Shown here: positions 45,701 through 54,495 of the stretch, in pieces
Numbering within the stretch: the stretch's first letter is position 1
How the letters are laid out: every line of letters begins with the position of its first letter
Assembly: GCA_038324085.1 (NCBI GenBank)
Contig: JBBQHP010000013.1
Location: 30,276-94,275, forward strand
DNA length: 64,000 nucleotides
Direction of reading: 5' to 3'
Origin: Burkholderiales bacterium
GTDB lineage: Bacteria > Pseudomonadota > Gammaproteobacteria > Burkholderiales > Ga0077523
Notes under the pieces: model-generated
The model's input: only the letters and a program-made list of their open reading frames with translations
What the model was told of the DNA's origin: nothing
The model's database searches: none
Position numbers and translations under genes: made by a program

Positions 45701-46393
45701 TCAGCCGCCGCTGAAGCCCACCCGCCGCAGCAGCCGCAATGCGTCGCCGGGCGCGGGTTCCTCGTACAGGGCAATGTCGTGGACGGGCACCGGCCGTTGC
45801 AGCGCGGCCGCGAAGTGGCGTTCGAGCCAGGGCAACAACGCCGCCTGATCCAGTGCGGGGAGGCGCCCGGTCAGGGTCATGTGGAACCGGTATTCGTCCA
45901 TGACGTACGGATAGCCCCAGCGCTCCAGGTAGTCGAGTTGCCGCTCGGACAACGAGGCACCCAGACGCCGCGATCGTTCCGTAGCCGTCATCGGCGCCCG
46001 GAACGGATCGAAGCATTCGACGCACGCAGCGGCCAGATCATCGAGGATGACCGACCCCCGAGAAGGCACCACGGCAATGAAGCCATCGACCACCCCGACC
46101 GCGAGCGGAGGCAGCGGGAACGGTTCGCGGCGCGCGCAGAAGCGCTGCATTTCCGCCACGAGATCGTCAACGGCAACACCCGGGCTCAGCGCGAACGGCG
46201 CCTTGAGCGTGCCATGCCAGCCGTAGCGCCGCGGCGACTCGGTGATCTGTCGCTGGCGCGCCGGAGCAAGGCCATCGATCGCCGGCGGCGCGACGATCTC
46301 GCGCGTTTCCGGATCGCGTCCGAGCCAGCACACGCCGGCGCGCCACAGCGCGCTGTCGCGATCGGGTGCGTAGTAGATGGCGTAGCGGGACAT
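45701..46393 (-). CDS. DUF1045 putative phosphonate-metabolism protein (2H phosphoesterase-like)
   Basis: The N-terminus is MSRYAIYYAP. Two HxT motifs are present (WHGTLKAPF and FHMTLTG). ATG at 46393; the 545-aa track ORF over-extends. Confidence 0.75.
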   Translation of the reverse strand: MSRYAIYYAPDRDSALWRAGVCWLGRDPETREIVAPPAIDGLAPARQRQITESPRRYGWHGTLKAPFALSPGVAVDDLVAEMQRFCARREPFPLPPLAVGVVDGFIAVVPSRGSVILDDLAAACVECFDPFRAPMTATERSRRLGASLSERQLDYLERWGYPYVMDEYRFHMTLTGRLPALDQAALLPWLERHFAAALQRPVPVHDIALYEEPAPGDALRLLRRVGFSGG

Positions 46394-46456
46394 GGCTCGA
46401 TGCGGACCGGACTGATCGTAGGGTAACCTGTGCGGGTTTCCGCCCGATACCCTGCG

Positions 46457-47308
46457 ATGCCCGCCCCGCCCCGCACCAGTGCCGATGCTCTCGTCGACCG
46501 CTACGACGGGCTGCTGCTCGATGCCTATGGCGTACTGATGACCGAGGCCGGACCGCTGCCAGGGGCAGCCGAATTCATCGCGCGCCTGCAGCGGCTGCGC
46601 ATGCCGTTCTGCGTGCTGACCAACGACGCCGCGAAACTGCCCACGACCACGGCGCGCCGGTTGCAGGGCATGGGCATCGACGTGCCTGCCGAGTGCGTCG
46701 TCACCTCGGGTTCGCTGCTGCTGGCGCATTTCGCACAGCACGGGCTGACAGGGGCCGCATGTGCCGTGCTGGGCCCGCAGGACAGCGTGCGCTATGTCAT
46801 CGAGGCCGGCGGTCGCATCGTCGGCGCCGACGCGGACTTCGAGGTGCTGGTGATCGGCGACGAGAGCGGCTTCGATTTCATCGAGACCATGGATGCGGCG
46901 CTGTCGATGCTGTTCGCGCGGCTCGATCGCGGCGAGCGCGTGCATCTGGTCGTGCCCAATCCCGATCTCGTCTATCCCGCCGGCCCCGGAGCGTTCGGTT
47001 TCGCGGCGGGTACGCTCGCAGCGATGTTCGAAGGCGCGCTGGCGCTGCGCTATCCGGGTCGCGGCGACCTGCGCTTCGTGCGGCTCGGCAAACCGCACGC
47101 AGCCATCTTCGCGGAAGGCCTGCACCGCATCGGCACCCGCAACGCGGCGATGATCGGCGACACCCTCGAAACCGACATCTGCGGCGCCAATGCGGCGGGC
47201 ATCGATTCGATCCTGATCGGCACCGGTGTATCGACGCCGCATTGGCCTACCACGCCGCCCGAGCTGCGGCCCGCGGCCACCCTGCGCTCTTTCGCACAGC
47301 AGCCGTGA
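46457..47308 (+). CDS. HAD-IIA subfamily hydrolase
   Basis: Motif I is LLLDAYGVL, motif II is VLTND, and motifs III-IV are GKP...IGDTLETD. The start is the ATG at 46457 or the GTG at 46430. Confidence 0.75.
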   Translation: MPAPPRTSADALVDRYDGLLLDAYGVLMTEAGPLPGAAEFIARLQRLRMPFCVLTNDAAKLPTTTARRLQGMGIDVPAECVVTSGSLLLAHFAQHGLTGAACAVLGPQDSVRYVIEAGGRIVGADADFEVLVIGDESGFDFIETMDAALSMLFARLDRGERVHLVVPNPDLVYPAGPGAFGFAAGTLAAMFEGALALRYPGRGDLRFVRLGKPHAAIFAEGLHRIGTRNAAMIGDTLETDICGANAAGIDSILIGTGVSTPHWPTTPPELRPAATLRSFAQQP

Positions 47309-48438
47309 ATCCGCATCGCGCCGTCGTTCTGCTCGCAATGCTCGCGTTCGTCGTGCCCACCGCGGGACGCTTCGTGTTCACACCGATCCTGCCGCTGATG
47401 CAATCGGACTTCGGCGTATCGATCGTGGCGGCAGGGTGGCTCGCGGCCGCGAACCACCTCGGCTACCTTGCTGGCGCGCTGACCGCCGTGCGGTTTCCCG
47501 TGTCCGAACGCACCACGATCCGCGTGGGCCTGGTCGGCGTCACCCTCAGCATCGCCGGCATGGCCGCGGTGACCGGCGTGGAAGCGTGGTTCGCACTGCG
47601 CGCGATCGCGGGTATCGCAGCCGCCTGGCTGCTCGTGCATACCTCGGCCTGGGGCCTGCGGCACGCGGCGGCGGCGCAGCGTCCCGAGTGGAGCGCCTAC
47701 GTATTCGCTGGCGCCGGCATCGGCATCATCGCGACCGGCCTGCTGTGCGCGTTCTGGACTCTCGCCGGGGGTGGCGCCATGGGCGCCTGGCTCGCCAACG
47801 GCCTGCTGCTGGCTGCCTTCGCGCTGGCGGTCTGGACGCGGGCCGGCGATGCCGGCATGCACGCCCCCGTCGCCGTAGCGCAGGCCCGCGCCGCCACCCC
47901 GCCCGGCATCGCGCGCCTCATCCTCGCTTATGGCCTGTGCGGCTTCGGCTACGTCACCGCGGCCACCTTCCTGCCCGTGCTCGCGCGCAGCGTGCTCGGC
48001 GACGACGGCGGCTACGTGTGGTTCTGGCCGCTGTTCGGCGTGGCGGGCACCGTTTCGATCTTTCTCGGCGCGCGGGCCGGGGGCCGCTTCGGCGACATCG
48101 CCACGTTCCGCTTCTGCGCAGCGTTGATGGCGATCGGCAATGCCGCGATGGCGCTGCTCTCGGCCGGCTGGGCGCTGGCGTTCGGCACGGTGGCCATCGG
48201 CGGCACCTTCATGGTGGTCACCATGCTCGGGCTCCGCGAGGCGCGCAAGCGGGCGCCGACCAGCGCGACACGCGTCATCGGCCGCATGACCATCGCCTGG
48301 GCTCTGGGGCAATGCATCGGACCGGTCGTCTCGGCTTATCTCGCCGGCGCCCGGGAGAGCTTCTCGCTCGCCCTGTGGGTGGCTGCGACCGCGCTGGCGC
48401 TCGCGACCGCCGTCACGCCACGGAAGCTGCAGGCATGA
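47305..48438 (+). CDS. MFS transporter (YbfB/YjiJ-like)
   Basis: Has about 12 hydrophobic segments. The GTG start at 47305 overlaps the HAD stop (GTGA). The long 690-aa track ORF is an over-extension. Confidence 0.7.
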   Translation: MNPHRAVVLLAMLAFVVPTAGRFVFTPILPLMQSDFGVSIVAAGWLAAANHLGYLAGALTAVRFPVSERTTIRVGLVGVTLSIAGMAAVTGVEAWFALRAIAGIAAAWLLVHTSAWGLRHAAAAQRPEWSAYVFAGAGIGIIATGLLCAFWTLAGGGAMGAWLANGLLLAAFALAVWTRAGDAGMHAPVAVAQARAATPPGIARLILAYGLCGFGYVTAATFLPVLARSVLGDDGGYVWFWPLFGVAGTVSIFLGARAGGRFGDIATFRFCAALMAIGNAAMALLSAGWALAFGTVAIGGTFMVVTMLGLREARKRAPTSATRVIGRMTIAWALGQCIGPVVSAYLAGARESFSLALWVAATALALATAVTPRKLQA

Positions 48439-48481
48439 CCGCCCGCGCGAAATCCCTCGCCCCTCTGCTAACCTGCGCCCC

Positions 48482-49621
48482 ATGACCAGACACATCATCA
48501 CCAACGCGCGCGTGGTCACGCCCGGGGAGGTGTTCCTCGGCACGGTCGAACTGCACGCAGGGCGCATCGTGCGTGTCGACCTCGGCGCCACGAACGCGCC
48601 CGGGGCCGAGGATTTCGCCGGCGACTACCTGTTGCCGGGGCTGGTCGAGATCCACACCGACAACCTCGAGAAACATCTCGAACCGCGCCCGGGGGTGCGT
48701 TGGCCGGCGATATCGGCGCTGCTCACGCACGACGGGCAGGTCGCCTCGGCCGGCATCACGACGGTGCTGGATGCGATGGGGATCGGCGACTTCGACGACC
48801 GGGCCCTGCGCGCGCAGGGTCTGCACGATGCCGTCTCCGCGCTCGACGTGGCGCGCAAGGCCGGCCTGCTGCGCGCCGATCACTGGCTGCACCTGCGCTG
48901 CGAGTTGCCGTGCGACAACGTGCTCGGCATGACCGAGGCTTTCATCGACGATCCGCACGTGCGGCTCGTGTCGCTGATGGATCACACGCCCGGGCAGCGA
49001 CAATGGATGAACGTCGAGAAGTTCCGCGTGTACACGCAGCGCAACCAGCGCTGGACCGAAGAATATCTCGCCCAGGTGGTGGCTGAGCGGCAGGACATGC
49101 GCGAGCGCAATGCCGAGCGCAACCGCGAAGCGCTGCTCGCCCTCTGCGTGGATCGCAACCTCGCCATCGCGAGCCACGACGACACGCTGATCGAGCATAT
49201 CCACGAAGGCGTGGCAGCCGGCATCTCGATCTCGGAATTCCCCACGACCCAGGTCGCGGCCCGAACGGCTCGCGAGCACGGCATGAAGATCGTGATGGGC
49301 GCCCCCAATCTGGTGCGGGGCGGCTCCCATTCCGGCAACGTATCGGCCCATGAGCTTGCGCAATACGATCTGCTCGACGCGCTGTCGTCGGACTACGTCC
49401 CCCATGCCCTGATGCACGCGGCGTTCCTGCTGCACACGCAGGCGGGCTGGTCGCTCTCCCGCGCAGTCTCGAGCGCATCGCTCAACCCGGCCCGCATGGT
49501 GGGGCTCGACGACCGCGGCGCGATCGAGATCGGCCAGCGCGCCGACCTCGTGCGCGTGCGTGAACTTGAAGGCGTGCCCGTGCCCATGGCCACGTGGCGC
49601 GGCGGCACCCGCGTCGCCTGA
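48482..49621 (+). CDS. phnM: alpha-D-ribose 1-methylphosphonate 5-triphosphate diphosphatase
   Basis: LLPGLVEIHTDNLEKH, HLRCELP, LVSLMDHTPGQRQ, ASHDD, SEFPTT, MGAPNLVRGGSHSGNVSA and LSSDYVP are collinear with E. coli PhnM as I recall it. Confidence 0.9.
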   Translation: MTRHIITNARVVTPGEVFLGTVELHAGRIVRVDLGATNAPGAEDFAGDYLLPGLVEIHTDNLEKHLEPRPGVRWPAISALLTHDGQVASAGITTVLDAMGIGDFDDRALRAQGLHDAVSALDVARKAGLLRADHWLHLRCELPCDNVLGMTEAFIDDPHVRLVSLMDHTPGQRQWMNVEKFRVYTQRNQRWTEEYLAQVVAERQDMRERNAERNREALLALCVDRNLAIASHDDTLIEHIHEGVAAGISISEFPTTQVAARTAREHGMKIVMGAPNLVRGGSHSGNVSAHELAQYDLLDALSSDYVPHALMHAAFLLHTQAGWSLSRAVSSASLNPARMVGLDDRGAIEIGQRADLVRVRELEGVPVPMATWRGGTRVA

Positions 49622-49787
49622 GCGCCAAGGTGGCAATATGCGGCCGCGGCGCATCGAGCCACGGTAGCGGGCTGGCGCCGGCACGAAACCCGGGCCCGGA
49701 CCCGTGTCGAGTGAACGGCAGGCGCAGCAGGGAGCGGACAGGCATTCATGCCGTCCGGACAACTAAAAAAAGGACAGAGGAGCCACC

Positions 49788-50648
49788 ATGATCCGGTTTA
49801 CGCCGTTCGCGGCCTTCGTTTGCTGCGCCGTCCTGGGCGCGGTCCCGGCGGTCAAGGCTCAGCAGACGCTCACCCTGGGCCTCATTCCCTCCGAGGATCC
49901 GCGCCTCGTGATCACCGAGGCGCAACCGATGGTGGATCGGCTCGCCCGGACGCTGAACATGACGGTGAAGCCGTTCGCCGCCACCGACTACAACGGCGTG
50001 ATCGAGGCGATGCGCTCGAAGAAACTGGACCTCGCCTTCTTCGGTCCGTTCTCCTACGTGCTGGCGGTGCAGGTTGCGGGCGCCGAAGCCTTCGCCACGA
50101 TCCCGATCGGACGGGTGGGCGGCTCCTACCACAGCAGGATCATCGCCCGCAGGGATCGCGGACTCGCTTCGCTCGCCGACCTGAAGGGCCGCAGCTTCGC
50201 GTTCGTCGATCCGGCGTCGACTTCCGGTTACCTGTTTCCGAAGGCGGCACTGGTGAGTGCCGGCTACGACCCCGAAACGTTCTTCGGCCGCGTCGTCTTC
50301 TCCGGCGGCCACGACGCCAGCGCGATCGCCGTGCAGAACGGCAAGGTGGACGCGGCAGCCGTGGCCGACGGCCTGCTCGAAGCCGCGATTGCGCGCGGCG
50401 TGGTCCGGAGCGAAGACATCGTGACCCTGTGGACCTCGGAGGAGATCCCGGGCCTGCCATTCGCGATGCGCCGCGACCTGCCACCGGAACTCAAGCAGCG
50501 GATCGTCGCGGCCTTCACCGCGATGCACGACGTCCCATGGGGCAAGCACGGCAACATCGATCATTTCGTCCCGGCCAGCGACGCCGCCTACGACGTGGTC
50601 CGGAACGCGGCGAAGGTGCTCAAGCTCGACTTGAAGAAGATGAAATGA
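49788..50648 (+). CDS. phnD: phosphonate ABC transporter substrate-binding protein
   Basis: Has a signal peptide. LTLGLIPSEDP...YNGVIEAMRSKKLDLAFFGP...FVDPASTSGYLFP follows the PhnD pattern. A GGAGG-type RBS is present. Confidence 0.85.
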   Translation: MIRFTPFAAFVCCAVLGAVPAVKAQQTLTLGLIPSEDPRLVITEAQPMVDRLARTLNMTVKPFAATDYNGVIEAMRSKKLDLAFFGPFSYVLAVQVAGAEAFATIPIGRVGGSYHSRIIARRDRGLASLADLKGRSFAFVDPASTSGYLFPKAALVSAGYDPETFFGRVVFSGGHDASAIAVQNGKVDAAAVADGLLEAAIARGVVRSEDIVTLWTSEEIPGLPFAMRRDLPPELKQRIVAAFTAMHDVPWGKHGNIDHFVPASDAAYDVVRNAAKVLKLDLKKMK

Positions 50649-51451
50649 TCGAGGTGCGCGACCTCGCCAAACGCTACGGCGCCATCACCGCGCTCGACGG
50701 CGTGAGCCTGCGGGTCGCACCGGGCGAGATGCTGGTCGTGCTCGGACCGTCGGGCGCCGGCAAGTCGACGCTGCTCCGCTGCATCAACCGCCTCGTGGCG
50801 CCGGACGCGGGCGAAGTGCGGGTTGCCGGACGCACCGTCGGCTCGGACGCGCGGCGGCTGCGCGATGTCCGCCGTGCGATCGGAATGATCTTCCAGAATC
50901 ACAACCTCGTGCCGCGCCTGTCCGTGGTCAAGAACGTGCTGACCGGTCGCCTCGCTTCGATGCCGCTGGTGCCGTCGCTGCTGCAGGTGTTCCCGCGAGC
51001 CGACCTGGATCTGGCCCTCGAATGCCTCGACCGGGTCGGCCTGCGTGCACGCGCGTGGGAACGGTCCGATCGGCTGTCCGGCGGCCAGCAGCAGCGGGTC
51101 GGCGTCGCGCGCGCGTTGGCCCAGCGACCGCAAGCGATCCTCGCCGACGAACCGGTGGCGAGCCTCGATCCGAAAACCGCACGGCTCGTGCTCTCCGATC
51201 TCCGGCGCGCGGCCCACGAGCTGGGCATCGCGGTGCTCTGCAATCTTCATCAGGTCCACTTCGCGCGCGAGTTCGCCGACCGCGTGATCGGCATCAGTGC
51301 GGGGCGCGTGGTGTTCGAAGGCACTCCTGCGGCCCTGTCGCCGGACGCCCTCGCCCAGGTCTACCCCGGGATGGAAGACGAAAGCGATGCTCCGTCACCC
51401 CCCGGCCAGGAATCAGACGGCGTCGGCGGCAATGGGGCGCCGGCGTGGTGA
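50645..51451 (+). CDS. phnC: phosphonate ABC transporter ATP-binding protein
   Basis: Walker A is GPSGAGKST, the signature motif is LSGGQQQRV, and Walker B is ILADEP. The ATG overlaps the phnD stop (ATGA). Confidence 0.9.
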   Translation: MIEVRDLAKRYGAITALDGVSLRVAPGEMLVVLGPSGAGKSTLLRCINRLVAPDAGEVRVAGRTVGSDARRLRDVRRAIGMIFQNHNLVPRLSVVKNVLTGRLASMPLVPSLLQVFPRADLDLALECLDRVGLRARAWERSDRLSGGQQQRVGVARALAQRPQAILADEPVASLDPKTARLVLSDLRRAAHELGIAVLCNLHQVHFAREFADRVIGISAGRVVFEGTPAALSPDALAQVYPGMEDESDAPSPPGQESDGVGGNGAPAW

Positions 51452-52257
51452 CACCGCCCCGCCTCGCCTTCATTCTCGGTCGTCCCTGGGGCCGGCGGAC
51501 CGCGCTCAACTGGCTGGTCGTGGTGATCGCCGTCGGCGGCGTGCTCGGATGGACTGCGGGCAATGTCGAATTGAGCCTGGGCGAGCTGGTGCGGGGCGCC
51601 GGCTGGATGGGCGAGTTCCTGGGCCGGATGCTGCCGCCCCACTGGGGCTACCTGGGCGCGTTGCTGCCGAAGGCGGGGGAGACCCTGCAGATCGCGCTCT
51701 GGGGCACCCTGCTCGCACTCGTGCTGGCGCTCCCGCTCACGTTTCTCGGTGCGCGCAACTTCAGTCCGAATCCGGTGCTCTATCACGGCGTGCGGCAGAT
51801 CTTCAACGCCGTGCGGGGCATCAACGAGCTGGTGTTCGCCCTGCTCTTCACGGCCGCCGTGGGGCTGGGACCGTTCGCGGGCGTGCTCGCGCTCGCGATC
51901 CATGGCGCCGGCATGCTCGGCAAGTTTTTCTGCGACGCCATCGAGGAAGTGGACCCCGGACCGGTGGAAGCGCTGCGCGCCACCGGCGCCCGGCCGCTGC
52001 AGATCGCCGCCTTCGCGGTGCTGCCGCAGGTATGGCCGTCATGGATCTCCGCCGGCCTCTACCGGTTCGAGACCAACCTGCGCTCGGCCACGGTCCTGGG
52101 CATGGTGGGTGCCGGGGGCATCGGCTTCGAACTGGTCGCGAGCATGAAACTGTTCCAGTACGAGGACACGGCGATCTGCGTGCTGCTGATCCTCGCGATG
52201 GTGATGGCCACCGACGCCCTGGCGTCGCGACTGCGCGCGAAAGTGCTCGAAAGCTGA
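51445..52257 (+). CDS. phnE: phosphonate ABC transporter permease
   Basis: The EAA-like loop is IEEVDPGPVEALRATGA. The GTG start at 51445 or 51448 overlaps the phnC end. Confidence 0.85.
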   Translation: MVTPPRLAFILGRPWGRRTALNWLVVVIAVGGVLGWTAGNVELSLGELVRGAGWMGEFLGRMLPPHWGYLGALLPKAGETLQIALWGTLLALVLALPLTFLGARNFSPNPVLYHGVRQIFNAVRGINELVFALLFTAAVGLGPFAGVLALAIHGAGMLGKFFCDAIEEVDPGPVEALRATGARPLQIAAFAVLPQVWPSWISAGLYRFETNLRSATVLGMVGAGGIGFELVASMKLFQYEDTAICVLLILAMVMATDALASRLRAKVLES

Positions 52258-52301
52258 GGCCGGGCTCTGCGATAATCCGCGCCCCGGCCCGGAACCAGCC
52301 C

Positions 52302-53315
52302 ATGACGCCCCACGCCGCCTCGCATCGTTTCTGCGTCGCGCCGATGATGGATCTCACCGATCGTCACGCGCGTGCCTTCCTGCGCGTGCTCTCCCGGCGC
52401 GCGCGGCTGTATACCGAGATGATCACCACCGGCGCCCTGCTGCACGGCGACGCGCCGCGCTTCCTCCGCTTCGACGCCACCGAGCATCCGGTCGCGATCC
52501 AGCTGGGTGGCAGCGACCCTCGCGAGCTCGCCACGTGCGCCCGGATGGCCGAGGATGCGGGCTTCGACGAAGTGAACCTCAACGTGGGTTGCCCGAGCGA
52601 CCGCGTGCAGTCCGGTCGCTTCGGCGCCTGCCTGATGGCCGAACCTCAGCTCGTCGCAGAAGGCGTGGCCGCGATGTTGGCCGCGGTATCCATTCCGGTG
52701 ACGGTCAAGACGCGCATCGGCATCGACCGCGACGAATCCACCGAGCGCCTCGATACGCTCGTGGGCGCGCTCGCGGCGGTCGGATGCGGCATCCTGATCG
52801 TGCATGCGCGCAAGGCGTGGCTGGACGGCCTGTCGCCGAAGGAAAACCGCACGCTGCCGCCGCTGCGCCACGACGTGGTGCACGCGCTGAAACGCGCGCA
52901 TCCCGGCCTCACGATCGTGCTGAACGGCGGTCTCGTCGATCTCGCTGAAGCGAAGTCTCACCTCGCGCAGGTCGACGGGGTGATGCTGGGCCGCGAGGCC
53001 TACTACAACCCGTGGCTGCTCGCCCGCGTCGATCCCGAATTGTTCGGCGAACGGGCACCCGTCGCATCGCGCGCGGAAGCCGTCGAGCGCTTCCTGCCCT
53101 ACATCGCGCGCGAACTCGCGCAGGGCACGCCGCTATCCGCGATGGCCCGGCACCTCATCGGGCTCTACCAGGCCGTTCCAGGTGCGCGCGCCTGGCGCCG
53201 CACGCTGTCCGAGAACGTTCATCGCCCGGGCAGCGGCCTGGACGTCGTCCGGCAGGCGCTGGATTGCGTGGCATCGCGCGACGAAATGCCGGAAACGGCT
53301 GCAGTCGAATGCTGA
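52302..53315 (+). CDS. dusA: tRNA dihydrouridine(20/20a) synthase
   Basis: FCVAPMMDLTDRHARAFLR...HPVAIQLGGSDP...VNLNVGCPSDRVQSGRFGACLM is very close to E. coli DusA. Confidence 0.9.
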   Translation: MTPHAASHRFCVAPMMDLTDRHARAFLRVLSRRARLYTEMITTGALLHGDAPRFLRFDATEHPVAIQLGGSDPRELATCARMAEDAGFDEVNLNVGCPSDRVQSGRFGACLMAEPQLVAEGVAAMLAAVSIPVTVKTRIGIDRDESTERLDTLVGALAAVGCGILIVHARKAWLDGLSPKENRTLPPLRHDVVHALKRAHPGLTIVLNGGLVDLAEAKSHLAQVDGVMLGREAYYNPWLLARVDPELFGERAPVASRAEAVERFLPYIARELAQGTPLSAMARHLIGLYQAVPGARAWRRTLSENVHRPGSGLDVVRQALDCVASRDEMPETAAVEC

Positions 53316-53325
53316 TCGCCGCGCG

Positions 53326-53688
53326 ATGAAGGCCCTCCTGCTGCTCGCGCACGGGTCGCGCGACCCGGCATGGACAGCTCCCTTCGATCGGCTGCGTGCG
53401 AAAGTGCTCGCTCGGCAGCCCGGCGCGCTAGCCGAGAGTGCTTACCTGGAACATACGGATCCCACGGTCGCGGTCGCCGCCGCACGGCTTGCTGAACGCG
53501 GCGCGACCGAGATCGAGATGATTCCCTTGTTTCTCGGTCCCGGAGGGCACGTGCGCTCCGATCTCCCCAGGCTCGCGGAGGAGATCCGTTCGGCGCACCC
53601 GGGGTTGCAGGTGAGCGTGGCCGCGCCGATCGGCGAAGCAGACACGGTGCTGGATGCGATCGCCGAGTATTGCCTGCGGCCTGCCTGA
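53326..53688 (+). CDS. cbiX: small CbiX-type sirohydrochlorin chelatase
   Basis: ALLLLAHGSRDP...IEMIPLFLGPGGHVRSDLP follows the pattern. It is 120 aa, the short CbiX form. Confidence 0.75.
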   Translation: MKALLLLAHGSRDPAWTAPFDRLRAKVLARQPGALAESAYLEHTDPTVAVAAARLAERGATEIEMIPLFLGPGGHVRSDLPRLAEEIRSAHPGLQVSVAAPIGEADTVLDAIAEYCLRPA

Positions 53689-53739
53689 GGCGCGCCTTGT
53701 TCACGGTAGAGGATCGAGCAACAGATCTGTCCAGAAGCG

Positions 53740-54495
53740 CTACGCGGCCTGCTCCTCGAGCACTGCAGTAACGGCCTGCGCCGCGTCGCAGTCCCGCAGA
53801 ACTTCGCCGACCAGCAACAGCACGGCCACGCTTGCGTCGACCGACGCAGCCAGGCCAGCCGCAGTCTCCAAGGTTCCGAGCCAGTGCCGCTCCTGCGGCA
53901 ACGACGCGTTCTCCACGGCGGCCAGCGGGGTCGATCCCGGCCGTCCGGCCGCTATCAAGCGGCGAGCAATCTCGACGATCTCGCGCCCGCCCATGTACAG
54001 GACCGCCGTGTCGGCACCCATCGCAGCATCGAGCCAATGGCTGTCGCTCTCGTCCGCACCCACCCGCGGTGTGACGAAAGCCACGCTGCGCGCGAGCCCA
54101 CGTCGCGTCAGCGAAGTCTGCAACTGCGCACTCGCTGCGAATGCCGCCGTGATCCCGGGCACGACCTCGCACGCGATGCCCGCGTCCTCAAGGGCGGCAA
54201 GTTCTTCCTCGGCACGACCGAACAGCATCGGGTCACCGCCCTTGAGGCGCACCACCACTTCGTATTTGCCCGCGGCATCCACGAGCTGCTTGTTGATGAA
54301 GCGCTGTGCGGTCGAAGGGCGGCAAGCGCGTTTGCCCACGGCGACCTTCATCGCTCTTGGCGCCAGTGCGAGGACTTCCTCGCTGACGAGAGCGTCGTGC
54401 AACACCACATCGGCCGTGGCGAGCAGGCGCGCCGCGCGCAGGGTCAGGAGATCCGCCGCGCCCGGGCCGGCACCCACCAGATAGACTCTTCCCAT
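53740..54495 (-). CDS. cobA: uroporphyrinogen-III C-methyltransferase
   Basis: VYLVGAGPGAADLLTLRAARLL..ADVVLHDALV and RLKGGDPMLFGR are present. The ATG directly abuts the cysN stop. Confidence 0.9.
   Translation of the reverse strand: MGRVYLVGAGPGAADLLTLRAARLLATADVVLHDALVSEEVLALAPRAMKVAVGKRACRPSTAQRFINKQLVDAAGKYEVVVRLKGGDPMLFGRAEEELAALEDAGIACEVVPGITAAFAASAQLQTSLTRRGLARSVAFVTPRVGADESDSHWLDAAMGADTAVLYMGGREIVEIARRLIAAGRPGSTPLAAVENASLPQERHWLGTLETAAGLAASVDASVAVLLLVGEVLRDCDAAQAVTAVLEEQAA

Noticed and set aside
49736-49777. Three GGACA(G/A) copies (49736, 49757, 49772) and an imperfect hairpin upstream of phnD, considered as a Pho box.
   Set aside because: The spacings of 21 and 15 nt do not match the 11-bp phased CTGTCAT-type PhoB repeats. 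The half-sites match only 5 of 7 positions. The hairpin is followed by an A-run, not a T-run. I keep it only as a weak possibility.
52258-52330. The dusA 5' end as a known hotspot for integrative elements.
   Set aside because: No integrase, direct repeat of the dusA 5' end or foreign-looking DNA flanks the gene. phnE ends 44 nt upstream and composition is uniform.
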